From positions 22,134,001 through 22,198,000 of the forward strand of contig OZ024759.1 in NCBI GenBank assembly GCA_964016885.1: a stretch of 64,000 bases of DNA, given 5' to 3'. The DNA comes from Eledone cirrhosa. Lineage: Eukaryota. The notes below the pieces were generated by a model. That model was given only the letters and a program-made list of their open reading frames with translations. It searched no databases and was not told the DNA's origin. Position 1 is the stretch's first letter; each line of letters opens with the position of its first letter. Of the stretch, positions 1-12,954 are shown piece after piece. A program made the translations under genes and the position numbers.

Positions 1-1677
1 ACGGACGACGCAGGAGCAATGGTCGGCCTACATAAGGGCTTCGTCACTCTTCTGAAGAGAGAAAATCTATCTGTATTTGCTGTTCATTGTGTCATTCATC
101 GACAACACTTTGCTGCGAAGAAATTCAGCAAGCCTCTGAGCAAGTCCTTGCAGGTGGCCATTGATGTCATCAATTTTATCAAACGCCATTCCCTCAATGA
201 ACGAATTTTCCAGCAACTGTGCCAAGATAATGACGAAGAATTCATCAAGTTGCTCCTTCATACTGAAGTGAGGTGGCTTTCAATGGGCAAGTGCCTTACT
301 CACTTCTTTGAACTGTTTGACTATCATTGAGTTTCTGTGAGGACGCAACACAGAACTGTACAAGAAAACCCTCGACTGCGCCTACCTCACCAACATCTTC
401 GACAAATGCAATAGCGTCATTTTGGCTTTGCAGGGGGAGAAGATCACCTTGCTTAAAGCAAGGAATGCTGTGAAAACATTCCTGGCCAAATTGAATGTCA
501 TCGAAAGGAATCTTTGTTGACGGGAATTCTATAATTTTCCTAGTGTCGCCAATGTTCAAAACATTGTAAGCGATGACCAACTCCAAATGTATACCACTCA
601 TCTCCGTGCGCTACAAGACAACATGAGAGAACGGTTTGTCAACCTTTTGCCGATGGACATCCCAATGTGGATAGCAGATGCTTTCATAGCTAACGTCGAC
701 GATTTGGATGTTAAATTTCAGGAAGAATTCATTGAACTTCAAGCAGATGACATGATCAAAATTAGATTTCCCAAAATAGGTGAACCCCTTTTTGGGATGC
801 AAGAGGAAATTCAGCGTTGATTTCCACACCTACATGCAGAGGCTAATAGCCTTTTCCAAGCTCATACTTAGCCAAGAGGAGGTTTGGTGTTGTTTCCAGA
901 CTGCACAGTAAGGCTCGCAACCGCTACAATGTAATTACATGTGGAGATCTCCGGCTACATCGTACGAAAATTCAGCCTCACGTAAAAGAGTTAGCTAGAC
1001 TCCATGAAGCTCAAGGGTCCAATTGAAATGAGTCAAAGTTAAAGTAAGTTGATTTATACGAAAACTTGGATATGCTATTGTTACAAAGCAAACTCACAAT
1101 TTTTATTTGTAGTTGCAGTCTGACTGGACTGGAAACCATCTACTACAATTCAATTACTCATTTGTTGTATATATTTTACCATTTATTAATAAATATACCC
1201 TCCCGCGTGGTCATGAAAACCCTCTTCCGTGGTCTCTAAGATCACAAAGCAGGGGGACATCAAGTTTGATATCAACATTTATTCTGTCCGTTTCATTAAA
1301 GGGAAAATTGGAAAGTTTTGAAATTATATAATTGCCACTTTCTTCCAGATAAGAGCACTCTTGGCATAGACAGAGTTGCTCTTGTGTAAATGTTCAAAAT
1401 AGCTGGTATCGCCTGGTGGGAATATAACAAATTCAACTGGTCCTTATTCATAAAAAAGAACATTTATGTTCCTTTTTTTGAAATTTATTTATTTCCTTTC
1501 AAGGAATGTATTTATACTCTCAGCTGCCTGAATATTGTTAATCAATTTTTTAGTAATTTACTGATATCAAAATCAGTAGTATATTGAAAAATGGAAAAAT
1601 AGGGGGGGGGGGGGGGGCGTTTCGTGATTTCAAGGGACAAAAGGGGGCATTTGGCCTAAATGGGTTGAGAACCTGTG
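1..1677 (+). mobile_element. hAT (Charlie/Buster, ZBED5/SCAND3-like) transposon 3' part with frameshifted transposase
   Basis: TDDAGAM..HCVIHRQH..LLLHTEVRWLS motifs at 1-330, further fragments to about 1020; right TIR-like ggttgagaacctgtg ending 1677, followed by GTCTAGAT (Charlie-type NTCTAGAN target). Confidence 0.88.
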
Positions 1678-1753
1678 GTCTAGATGTACTAAATCTACTA
1701 AATTGGTAGTTGGTACTAATAAGACCACCACAACACTACAGTATGGTCTAGAT

Positions 1754-2040
1754 CAAAAGGTTCTCAATGGGGGGCATATGCACCCCTGGAGGGCGTTTCG
1801 GAACTCCAGGGTCGTTTTGGAGCAAGGGGGCGTTAGAGGGGGGGGGACTAGGGGGCGCTGGAAGGCTCTTTGGTAAGTTTTATAAGCCATATTTGTATGT
1901 CTTTGAGACAGCCAGTGTGAATGCATTTGAATGAGCATGCAGACAGCATAACTATGGTCTGACCGCAGGTGTGCAGGCATGTCTAGACATTAACCGACAA
2001 TTGAGATCCTAAAAGGGGAAAAAATACAGAAACGGGTAGC
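1754..2040 (+). mobile_element. Left end of a second Charlie-like hAT element
   Basis: GTCTAGAT (1746-1753) directly followed by TIR-like caaaaggttctcaa and a G-rich subterminal segment; right boundary approximate. Confidence 0.55.
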
Positions 2041-4365
2041 ACACACATCTAGGACCACATACAACACATAAGCAGGTAATACACACATCACATACACACA
2101 CACACACTGTACTTGTATTAACAAACAGCTCATACACACACATGTACACACATATACAGTACATGCACAACACATACATATGTACACAAACTCGCACACA
2201 CATGCACGCACACACACTACTTATTGTATCAATAAACAGGTCATACACACACATATACACATATATAAACACACACATAGACATACACATATATAGTACA
2301 TGCACAACACATACATATGTACACAAACTTACACACACACACACACACACTCAAGCACACACACACTCAAACACACACACATACACAAGCAGCTCATACC
2401 TGACCAACAACTTTTTCCCTGTTGCTATTTATAAATTAAGTGTGTGTGTATGTATGTATATGTGTTGTGTGTATGTGTGTGTATGTTTATATTTGTGTGT
2501 TTGTTTGTATATATGTGTGTATGTGTGTGTATGTGTGCATATGTGTGTATATATCTGTGTGTATGTGTGTGTGTGCATGTAAGTATGTGTGTGTATATGT
2601 ATGTGCCTGTATGTGTGTGTGCATGTATGCATATGTGTGTTTGTGTGTTTATATGTGTGTGTATGTGAGTATATGTGTGTATATGTGTATGTATGTGTAT
2701 ATGTGTGTGTCTGTCGGACACAAGGGGGGGGGGTATGTGTGTGTGGTCGGGGTAGCATGGAAGGGTGTGTGAGAGAAAGGACCTATCTGTTGGGACTACT
2801 AAAAACTATGTGGACTTTGATAAAAGTATTCATAGCCATGAAAATAATTGATGGCCTCTGGATAAAAACAAACAAAAACAACAACAACAATAACAGCAAC
2901 AAGTTTTAAATTGATTTTTTTTAATATTTTTTTTATTAACCCCTCCCTATGTTTTACACACCAAAATACCCCCTCCCCCATGCATCCCCACTCCACTGTA
3001 TAGTCCTGTGCTGTCACTATTGTTTACTTAATATTAGTCCTGTGTTGCTAATAAAGAAATTATTATTATTATTTGGATTGGAGTTATGGCCCTTTATGGT
3101 CTCAGTTCAAATCCCACCGATGTTAATTTTGCCTTTCATCCTTACGAGGTCGATAAAATAAAGTACCAATAATGTAGTGGGGTCGATTTAATCGACTTTC
3201 CCCTCCCCCAAAATTACTGGCCTTGTGCCTATACTAGAAATCATTTGACTATTTACAACAACTCATTTTGATGTTGCTTTGGGTCAGTTATTTTCGCCCG
3301 TGTGAATGAGTCTACTCTGAGCATGTGCCTGTAGGCTGGTTAATTTGAGGAGCGTAGTGCACTTCCCAGGTGCTCTCAAAGCGTTGGGTGGTTCGGGATT
3401 GGTGAATTACCTGAGTCACCCCTGGGTGCTTCTCCCTCACTTATTGGGGAATTCTGTTGTGACCAATAAAGAAAGAATTATTATTTTTATTATTATTTGA
3501 AACTTCCTTTGAATCCTACTTCTTTCCTAAATCATGCTGAGTGTCAATCTGACACCTGAGGCAAATATTATTATCATTAAAGGTGGAAAACGGGGAGAGG
3601 GCACTTGCCCTGGTGGTCAGGGTCACTGTGGCTTTTTAATGGGCTTTCTCTATGAATGTCCCTCGGAGGTCTCCCTCCTATTGGGGAATTTTTTCATTGT
3701 TCTATTATTACATCCTCTGTATCTTGTTTTTTTTACACGCAGAAATGCCATTTTGTACCGTCCTGTATTGTCCTGTACTGTCCTTAATGTCTACTTTGTG
3801 TAAACCCTTGTGGTTAATAAAGAAAGCATTATCATCATCATTATTATTATTATTATTATTATTATTAATCCCGCCGAGGTTGACTTTGCCTTTCATCCTT
3901 ACGGGGTCGATAAAATAAAGTACCAGTAATACACTGGGATAATTGCTGGCCTTGTGCCAAAAGTAGAAACAATTATTATTATTATTATAGTAGGGCAGTG
4001 GATTGGCAGTATTGGTAGAGCGTCAGACACTATGCGTTTCGGCATAGAGTTATGGCTCTTTACCTGCAGAGTTCAAATCCCGCCAAGTTTAGCTTTGCCT
4101 TTCATCATTACGGGGTCAATAAAATAAAGCACCAGTAATGCATTAGGGTCGATTTAATCAACTTCCCCCCTCCCTGGGGATGTGCCTATAGTAGAAATCA
4201 TCATTATCATTATAGTAGTGGTTCATTTAAGTAGGAGAGATTACAAAGAATCATTTCAGTAGAAGTTTTTACTGTTGTGATTTGTCATAACATTCCTTAT
4301 CTACAGATATGTCTAGGTGTTTCTATTGTAACATATATATTATGGTTTGTGTGTGTGTGTGTATA

Positions 4366-4417
<52 letters not shown>

Positions 4418-4498
4418 GGAAAAATTTGAACAGGGACAAAACAGAGAGGCAGTACAACGAATGTTTATTAATTTCACGCTCTGGAGAGTGGGGGTGTT

Positions 4499-4531
<33 letters not shown>

Positions 4532-4671
4532 TTTGTTCACACTCAAGTTTTGCTTGATACACATTCAAACCTTACCTCATTCAATGAGTAATTGTGAGCA
4601 AACGGGTTTATGGCGAATATTTTCTATAACCTCATCAATATATATATATATTTATATATATATGTATGTAC

Positions 4672-4865
4672 TACCTGCATCAGTTGTTAGCTGTCGAGAC
4701 ACTGCATCCTTTAAGGCCTCCATGCTTCCCGAGATCCGCCAACACTACAGCTAACACATACAAACATGTACTTCCCTGGCATTTGTGTATTATTCTATGT
4801 ACTATATTGACGAGTTGTAGTGCACCTGAGCACTTTACACAATAATTTCATTATTATTATTATTA
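4672..4865 (+). mobile_element. CR1/L2-group LINE 3' end with (ATT)n tail
   Basis: Near-identical to the reverse complement of 23830-23995, the tail of the CR1-like fragment. Confidence 0.75.
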
Positions 4866-5199
4866 TATGTGTGTGTATATATATATGAATGTAAAAGGTA
4901 AACAGAGATATGATGGTATAAACATGAAAGTACTAAATATATTCATATACGTATTATTTAAATTAATAAATTAATAAATTGGATGTTATATTAAAGTGAA
5001 GATAATACGATAGGTTATAATATAAGAGATGAAATATATTTAGGGAAAGAAATTGAAAGATAGAAAATGAAAGAGAGAAAATATAATAGGTTATGTTGAT
5101 TCATTGACAGTTAATAACAATAATAACAACAGTGATGATAATGGGTTATTATAATAGACTCATGTGGTATAATTTGAATTATGGAATTGTTGGGTCGAA

Positions 5200-5439
5200 T
5201 CAAGTTGGTTTGAAGTTATCGAATTTATTTGCTGCTTTATGTCTACAGAAAACTGACCGTTCAATTTTGCTGTTAAACAGTATTTTGTCATATTTTTAAA
5301 TATGGAATAATTTTATATTACAAAGTCTACAGTGGGACATACCAAGTTCGTAGGCCATTGCCCCTGACAATTTAGAGCAGTTAATCCTGTATTCTTGGTT
5401 TGTATCTTTGAGCTGCCAGATTTTATTGGCTAGCATTGT
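5200..5439 (-). pseudogene. Penelope-like element GIY-YIG endonuclease C-terminal remnant (CxxC...CRH type)
   Basis: Manual translation [21 protein letters not shown]...AYELGMSHCRLCNIKLFHI*KYDKILFNSKIERSVFCRHKAANKFDNFKPT*, matching the IWxLKD...CxLC...LN...CRH pattern of PLE endonucleases. Confidence 0.75.
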
Positions 5440-5441
5440 TG

Positions 5442-5475
<34 letters not shown>

Positions 5476-5564
5476 TATATATGTGTATATATATATGTAT
5501 GTATATATGTGTATATATATATGTTATCTATGTATATAAGTATATATATGTATGTGTATATATA

Positions 5565-5615
<51 letters not shown>

Positions 5616-5802
5616 GTTATATATGTATATATATATATGTATATATATATATGACATATATGTATATATATATGTGTATATATATATGTTATATATGTAT
5701 ATATATATATATATATGACATATATGTATATATATATGTGTATATATATATGTTATATATGTATATATATATATATGACATATATGTATATATATATGTG
5801 TG

Positions 5803-5834
<32 letters not shown>

Positions 5835-6423
5835 GAGTCGTATGATGATTTATTTGTCATAGTTGATATATTGGTTTTCCTGGAGTATAAGCTGATGTAC
5901 ATGACAATGTGTTTGGCTGTTTCAGTGACTCAGTCATGCTATCACATGCAGTAATGTTGTGGGTGTTTCAGATTACCTCCACACTGTTTAAAAAGGAGTC
6001 AGCATCATTTCCTCTTGTAATCTGTAATAGAGGGAGTGAACCTATCTTTTACCTGATCTTTACAGTTGACATTTCTTCTCACTGACTCACTTTAACTGAG
6101 TTGTCTCTTTTGTTCAACACAAATAAGGTTTACTTATTCATTCACACACACACAAGACCACACACATATGACCACACATACACATGACCACACATACATA
6201 TATCATCATCATCATCATCACCGTTTTATATCCGTTCTTCCTAACACCAACTGTAAATGAGGTTGGTGTTAGGTAGAAATCAAGCCAGAATCAGTTCCCG
6301 TATGAGCAAGACAGGGCCAGCCGACCGGACACTGCCCACAACAGGACAACCCATCTAACCCATGCTAGCGTGGAAGATGGACGTAAAATGTATATATATA
6401 CGTAATATATATGTAATATAGAG

Positions 6424-6455
<32 letters not shown>

Positions 6456-7156
6456 GACCACACATGATGGTCAAGAAATGTGATTAATGGTTATCACACA
6501 CACACACACACATGCATACACAGACACACACACACACACATATATATATATACGCACACATCACCACACATGATGGTCAACAAATGTGATTAATGGTTAT
6601 CACACATACACACACACATACACACATGACCACTCACACACACATACATATATATACACACACATGACTACACATGATGGTCAACAAATATGGGATAAAT
6701 GGTTATCACACACACACATACATACACACACATATATACATACATACATGCACTCGATGGTCAACAAATATATGATGAATGTTTATCATACACACACCCA
6801 GACTCATATATATATAATTCCAAATAAAAGATATATGTATAGAGTGTATATGTATATCATTTGAAAAGCATAGAATTTTGTGTATAAAGCACATAATATT
6901 TTTAAAAAATACATACTTTAAGGTCGAAAAGCCATTATTTTCCTTACGGTACCGTTTCATAGTTCATAAACTGAATAAAAAATCGATCTAAGTAATCAAT
7001 TTCTATTACCAACTATAGATTTCGGTAAAGCTATGGAAGATGGGAAACTAATCATCAGTGGAATTATCTTTTGATAAAACCTAATACAATACAAAACACC
7101 TTTACATCTGCTGGGATCTGAGAGGTAGTTAAAACTATAGACCTCATGGTGTGAGA

Positions 7157-7228
<72 letters not shown>

Positions 7229-7318
7229 AAAATTGAACAGGAACAAAACAGAGAGGCAGTACGAACAAAGGTTTATTAATTTCACGCTCTTGAGAGTGGG
7301 GTGGTATATATATATATA

Positions 7319-7590
7319 TCCAGGCCGAAACAAACGAGATCGTGTAGGTGTCACGACAAAAAAACACACAGTCCACGCTGTAATGTGGCCGTGTAGGCAA
7401 CACGGTAAAAACCTCCCAGACCCACACTGTAAATGTGGTTGGTGTTAGGAAGGGCATCCAACTGTAGAAAACCTGCCAGACAGTCCTATGCGAGCAAGAC
7501 AATCACTCTTGCCTCAAGTGGGACTACCCCCGTCCAAACCCATGCAAGCGTGGAACACGGACGTTAAACGTTGATGATGATGATGATGAT
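7319..7590 (+). mobile_element. RTE-like LINE 3'UTR fragment with (GAT)n tail
   Basis: Near-identical inverted copy at 8101-8373; homologous to 12050-12325. Confidence 0.75.
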
Positions 7591-7765
7591 ATATATAAAT
7601 ATATATATATATATATCAAGAGAGATGTATTGTTTTATTTTTTTTATATGTTACTGGTTTCTCATGGTATTTACATCATTGACCAGTACACATGTGTGTA
7701 CTGGTCAATGATGTTAAACACCATGAGAAACCAGTAACATAAAAAAATAGAACAATACATCTTAC

Positions 7766-7836
7766 GCTATTTGATGAGAACATGCCAGGGGGTTATTATG
7801 TAACCACTCTGGCATCTTTGAAATACGTATAATAGT
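7766..7836 (+). ncRNA. Type I hammerhead ribozyme motif (C3U variant)
   Basis: gctat-TTGATGA-[ATGCCAGGG GGTTA loop TAACC a CTCTGGCAT]-GAAA-TACGTA-TA-atagt; stem III is the palindrome ATACGTAT. Confidence 0.65.
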
Positions 7837-8100
7837 ATTATGTAATAAAATGATGATGTACGAATAAAACTGTCTCTCTTATTTATTATTTTGAAACTCT
7901 GGTTGATACTTTACCAAGAAAATCCTAAGGAATACAAATCATAGAGTGCTTTATGTCTGTTTACAAAAAAGTCAGTGGATTATAAGATCAACCAAGTTTC
8001 ATCAACTGAATAATATATATATATATGTGTGTGTGTGCGTATGTATATATATATATATATATATATATGTTTGTGTGTGTGTATGTATATATATATATAT

Positions 8101-8757
8101 CATCATCATCATCATCATCAACGTTTAACGTCCGTGTTCCACGTTTGCATGGGTTTGGACGGGGGTAGTCCCACTTGAGGCAAGAGTGATTGTCTTGCTC
8201 GCATAGGACTGTCTGGCAGGTTTTCTACAGTTGGATGCCCTTCCTAACACCAACCACATTTACAGTGTGGGTCTGGGAGGTTTTTACTGTGTTGCCTACA
8301 CGGCCACATTACAGCGTGGACTGTGTGTTTTTTTGTCGTGACACCTACACGATCTCATTTGTTTCGGCCTGGATGGCGCGGCACCAACATAACTTTACAT
8401 AGAACGGGGTGGTGTGGATGGGGTGGGGGTGGTGGTGGTGGGACGGGGTGTATTTTGTTAGAGATGCCTACTGGTTGGAGTAGGTTTTACTATATATTTA
8501 GGTAAGGCGGGTCTTCTCTGTTACTGAGTACCGCCAAAGGTCTCGGTCCAGTGACATTGTCTTGGAGAGGTGTAAGTGTGTGATGTCGGAGTTTATCAGC
8601 TCGTCCCAGGTTTTTCTAGGTCTGCCTATTCCGTGACTACCGTCTATCTTTATTGCCCTGCACTTTGTTATACAGCTATCGACTTTCATGCGCATCACGT
8701 GTCCATACCAACATAGCCTTCTCTCGAGTAAACAACATCTGATCCCTCTTATCTCTT
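8101..8757 (-). mobile_element. RTE-like LINE 3' fragment
   Basis: Encodes ...GRPRKTWDELI...DRDLWR; 3'UTR and (GAT)n tail; homologous to 11680-12325. Confidence 0.85.
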
Positions 8758-8879
8758 ATATATATATATATATATATATTAATATTTATGTACCTATGCA
8801 TTTGTATATAAATTGAAGTGTATGTGAAGTATTAATGTGGTGTGTTAAATAAATATACACATACACTTCAGGTCTGAAC

Positions 8880-9146
8880 TCAACGTAACCAATGACCCGC
8901 TGTTACTGCCTCCGTCTCATCCAGTTTACCCATCTCTCACTATTATGAGCAAAGGGGGATTCATATGCTAGCCACCTAGCCGTCCCGGGGGACAGAATAC
9001 AGAAGGCGTTTTTCCGGACAATGGTGAAGGAGACGCGCTGGAAGAGCTATTCCAGCTCATGAGGCTCACACCTGTGGGTAGCCAACTCCGTACCGTCGAT
9101 AGTGAGTAGGGAGGTGGTCCTAGGGCCAAGGACAACAGAAGTCTCC
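8880..9146 (-). mobile_element. CRE-like (RLE endonuclease) non-LTR retrotransposon C-terminal remnant
   Basis: 9145-8993 translates ETSVVLGPRTTSLL...EPHELE*LFQRVSFTIVRKNAFCIL, resembling the ET.G..GP...FQRLS..V.RGNA..IL C-terminus of CRE-type elements. Confidence 0.6.
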
Positions 9147-10634
9147 TAATTAAAAGTTATTTGTAGACATCTTAATGAAAGGATAAAATACTGAGATAAA
9201 ATATCAACTCAGAGAAGTAATTAAACATATTAAACCTAAACCAAAATTCAACTACACAATACATATATATATAAAATATACTTTTTATCATATTATATTG
9301 AAAGCAACCTTGACTTGGAGTATTTCAGAATCCATTATAGAAAACTCTGCTGTACAACTCAGTTCAGTTTTCTAGCATTTCCATCAACTACGTTGGCTTT
9401 TGAATTACCTCCCTTGAACATGAGTTATTTCCCTTATTTATCGGTCATGAGCTGTGAATTGGCAGTCGTTAGAACGTCGGATAGAATAATTCAAGGTATT
9501 TGTTCCGCCTCTCTCTGAGTTCCAATCCCGCCAAGGTCAACTTTGCCTTTCGTCCTTTCGCGGTCGATAAAAAAAAGTACCAGTTTAATCTTGGGGTCGA
9601 TTCTTCATCTATATCTCTTTCTCACTTCCTTTTTGTCACTCTCCCTATTCTTCTCTGGAAGAAATCTGCTGTATTCACACCTAGAGAGGAGATGGGCTCT
9701 GCCAGATTTTAAAATACCTTAGAAACGTTGTATGCCAATATGATGTCCGTACGACTCCCCCATGTTATATGTCACAGAATGTAATGTGTGATGAGAGAAA
9801 TTTACTATTTCAATAACCAACCGGTTGCTAAAGTAACCGAAGAATTAATTAGTTAGCTGACTAATAAAGGTTTCTGATTTAGGCACAAGGCCAACAATTT
9901 TGGGGGGAAGGAAAAGTCGATTAAATCTACCTCAGTGCATTACTGGTACTTTATTTTATCAACCTCATAAGGATGAAAGGCAAAGCTAAACTCGTAGGGA
10001 TTTGAACTCAGAACATAAAAGACCATAACTCTATGCTGCTAAACATATTGTCTGACACTCTACCGATTCTGCCAATCCACTGCCCTAAGCTGGCTAATAA
10101 TTGTTTCTACAAGGCCAGCAATTATCCCAGTGCATTACTGGTACTTTATTTATTCAACCCCTTAAGGATGAAAGGCAAAGTTAACCTCAGTTAATAATAA
10201 GTTCTATTTGAGGCAAAACATCAGTATTTCGGGAAGAAGGAAGTCGATTTAATCAACACTGATACTTTATCAGTACTGGTGCTTGATTTTATCGACTCTG
10301 GAATGTTGAAAGACAAAGCTGGCCTTAGTGGGATTTGAACAAAAAGTGCCATAACTAAATGCTACAAAGAACTTCATCTGATGCTCTAACAATTCTGCCA
10401 ATCCTCCTTCGTTTACTAGAAACTGAACTGGTGCCTGTGTTCTTATTGTCAGCAGCATGTCACTCCTAAAGTCTAACAACATATATATATGTGTGTGTGT
10501 ATATATATATATATAAATAGTGAAGTATATTTCTAAATAGTGAAGTATATATATGTATATACAGATACATATATATATATATTGAAATGCGCATAATAAA
10601 ATACATGGAACTCTTTTAACCATCTTTTGATCTT

Positions 10635-10670
<36 letters not shown>

Positions 10671-10891
10671 TATATATATATATACACATATATATATGTA
10701 TATATATATACACATATATATATATGTGTATATATATATGTGTATATATATGTGTGTATATATATATATGTATATACATACATATATAAATATGCGTATT
10801 TATATACATATATATATATAAATACACATATATATATGTATATATATATATATATATACACACATATATATATATGTATATATATATATAC

Positions 10892-10924
<33 letters not shown>

Positions 10925-11105
10925 TATATATATACACATATATATATATATACACATATATATATATGTATACATATATATATGTGTGTATATATATATA
11001 TGTATATATATATATACACATATATATATATGTATATATATATATACATATATATATGTATATATATATATATACACATATATATATACACATATATATA
11101 TACAC

Positions 11106-11145
<40 letters not shown>

Positions 11146-11185
11146 GTATATATATATGTATATATATATATATATATACATATAT

Positions 11186-12325
11186 GTCCCCATTTTATGT
11201 CCCAAATGCAAAGTATGGGTGCATAAAAGATGTAGTGGGATCACAGGTAAGCTAACTAAGAATATAGATTTTATATGTGGCCGGTGCTCAGGTGCACTAA
11301 GTAGCAGCAAGTGCCCATGGAATACTAGCTCATTCCATTGCACAGATGGTTCTATAGAAATAGTGGACACCTTCCGTTACCTGGGTGACAAAATCAGCAG
11401 TGGTGGAGGGTGCTCTGAAAGTAGCTAGTCAGAACGGGATGGAAAAAGTTCAGAGAGCTTGTACCACTATTGGCTACTAAAGGTTTCTCTCTAAAAATGA
11501 TAGGCAGGCTGTATGATGCCTGCATACGAACAGCAATGTTACATGGCAGTGAGACTTGGGCATTGTGTGCAGAGGATATATGCAAACTGGAGATGAATGA
11601 AGCTTGCATGCTCCGTTGGATGTGTAATAGTAATATACGTGAATGGCAAAGCATAAATGAACTAAGTGAGAAATTAGGAATAAGAGGGATCAGATGCTGT
11701 TTACTCAAGAGAAGACTACGTTGGTATGGTCACGTGATGCGCATGAAAGACGACAGCTGTATAAAAAAGTGCAGGGCAATAAAAATAGACGGTAGCGACA
11801 GAGTAGGCAGACCCAGAAAAACCTGGGACGACTTGATAAATTCCAACCTCACACACTTACACCTCTGCAAGACAATGTCACTGGACCGAGATCTTTGGCA
11901 CTACACAGTAATACAGAAGACCCGCCTTGCCTAAGTACAAAGTGAAACCTACAGTCAGTAGGCACCTCTTAACAAAAATACACCCCCGTCCCACTACCCC
12001 CACCCCATCCACACCAGCCCTTTCGATGTAAAGTTATGTTGGTACCACAACATCCAGTCCTAAATAAATGAGGTCGTGTAGGCGTCACAACAAAAAAACA
12101 CTCAGTCCACGTTGTAATGTGGCCGTGTAGGTAACACGGTAAAAACCTCCCAGTCCACACTGTAAACGTGGTTGGTGTTAGGAAGGGCATCCAACCATAG
12201 AAAACCCGCCAGACAGTCCTATACGAGCAAGACAACCAATCTTGCCTCAAGTGGAAAAATTCCCGTCCAAACCCATGCTAGCGTGGAAGATGGACGTTAA
12301 ACGATGATGATGATGATGATGATGA
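11186..12325 (+). mobile_element. 5'-truncated RTE-like LINE (RT C-terminus with Cys/His insert, 3'UTR, (GAT)n tail)
   Basis: [12 protein letters not shown]...FICGRC, FRYLG, YDACIRTAMLHGSETW, RLRWYGHVMR, GRPRKTW; frames broken. Confidence 0.88.
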
Positions 12326-12390
12326 TATATATATCATTTTTTCCAATTCCATCCCGCCCGTCCCCTTAATCTATTTTATTTTTCATTCTT

Positions 12391-12426
12391 TCGTCTGATG
12401 AAGGACTAGCGTCTGAAACGTAAGAC
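12391..12426 (+). ncRNA. Minimal PLE-type hammerhead motif (short stem II, ACGT stem III)
   Basis: CTGATGA-AGGAC tagc GTCT-GAAA-CG-TA; stem I poorly paired. Confidence 0.5.
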
Positions 12427-12896
12427 CCTCTTCCTGCTATATCAAGCGTTAACCTAATATATACCTTCCATATACTGTACCGATTGTGTTGTTATTTCTG
12501 TTTACCTTTTACATCTATATATATATATATATATATATATATGAATACAGGGAGAAAGAGACGATTATTAGGAAGAAAGATATATTTTTTTCCTTTTTTA
12601 TTTCTCTCTCGCTTTTTTCTGGGTTAGAAAATGATTAAAACAAAATGTTCTACTTTGTGTGAAGTGTTAAGGTATTAGTTGATTTATTTATTATTTAACA
12701 ATGGCATATATTTATCTATTTATATATTTAATAATTGTCTATTACCGGTTTCAACATTTTTATGTATTATCAAATGATGGTGAAATGTGTTAGTGTGGTG
12801 TCGCACATGTTAAAGAGAAGGTTCAGAAAGAATAATGTTATTTACAAACAAGGTTTATGAAGTGAAAAGAAAAAAGAAAAAAGTAAAAGAACGAGC

Positions 12897-12954
<58 letters not shown>

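Noticed and set aside
19-330. Domesticated ZBED/SCAND3 host gene
   Set aside because: Multiple frameshifts and stops plus a retained TIR and target site indicate a dead transposon
1990-2910. Long Cys/Val/Tyr/His/Thr/Ile-rich ORFs here and at 5430-5950, 10616-11255, 19257-19851, 33379-34481 and 35879-37038
   Set aside because: Translations of (TA)n, (CA)n, (CTA)n and minisatellite tracts, not genes
7005-7065. Minus-strand cca-CTGATGA...GAAA-TCTATAG-T-tgg
   Set aside because: Stem II does not pair and the cleavage-site nucleotide is missing; too degenerate to list as a ribozyme
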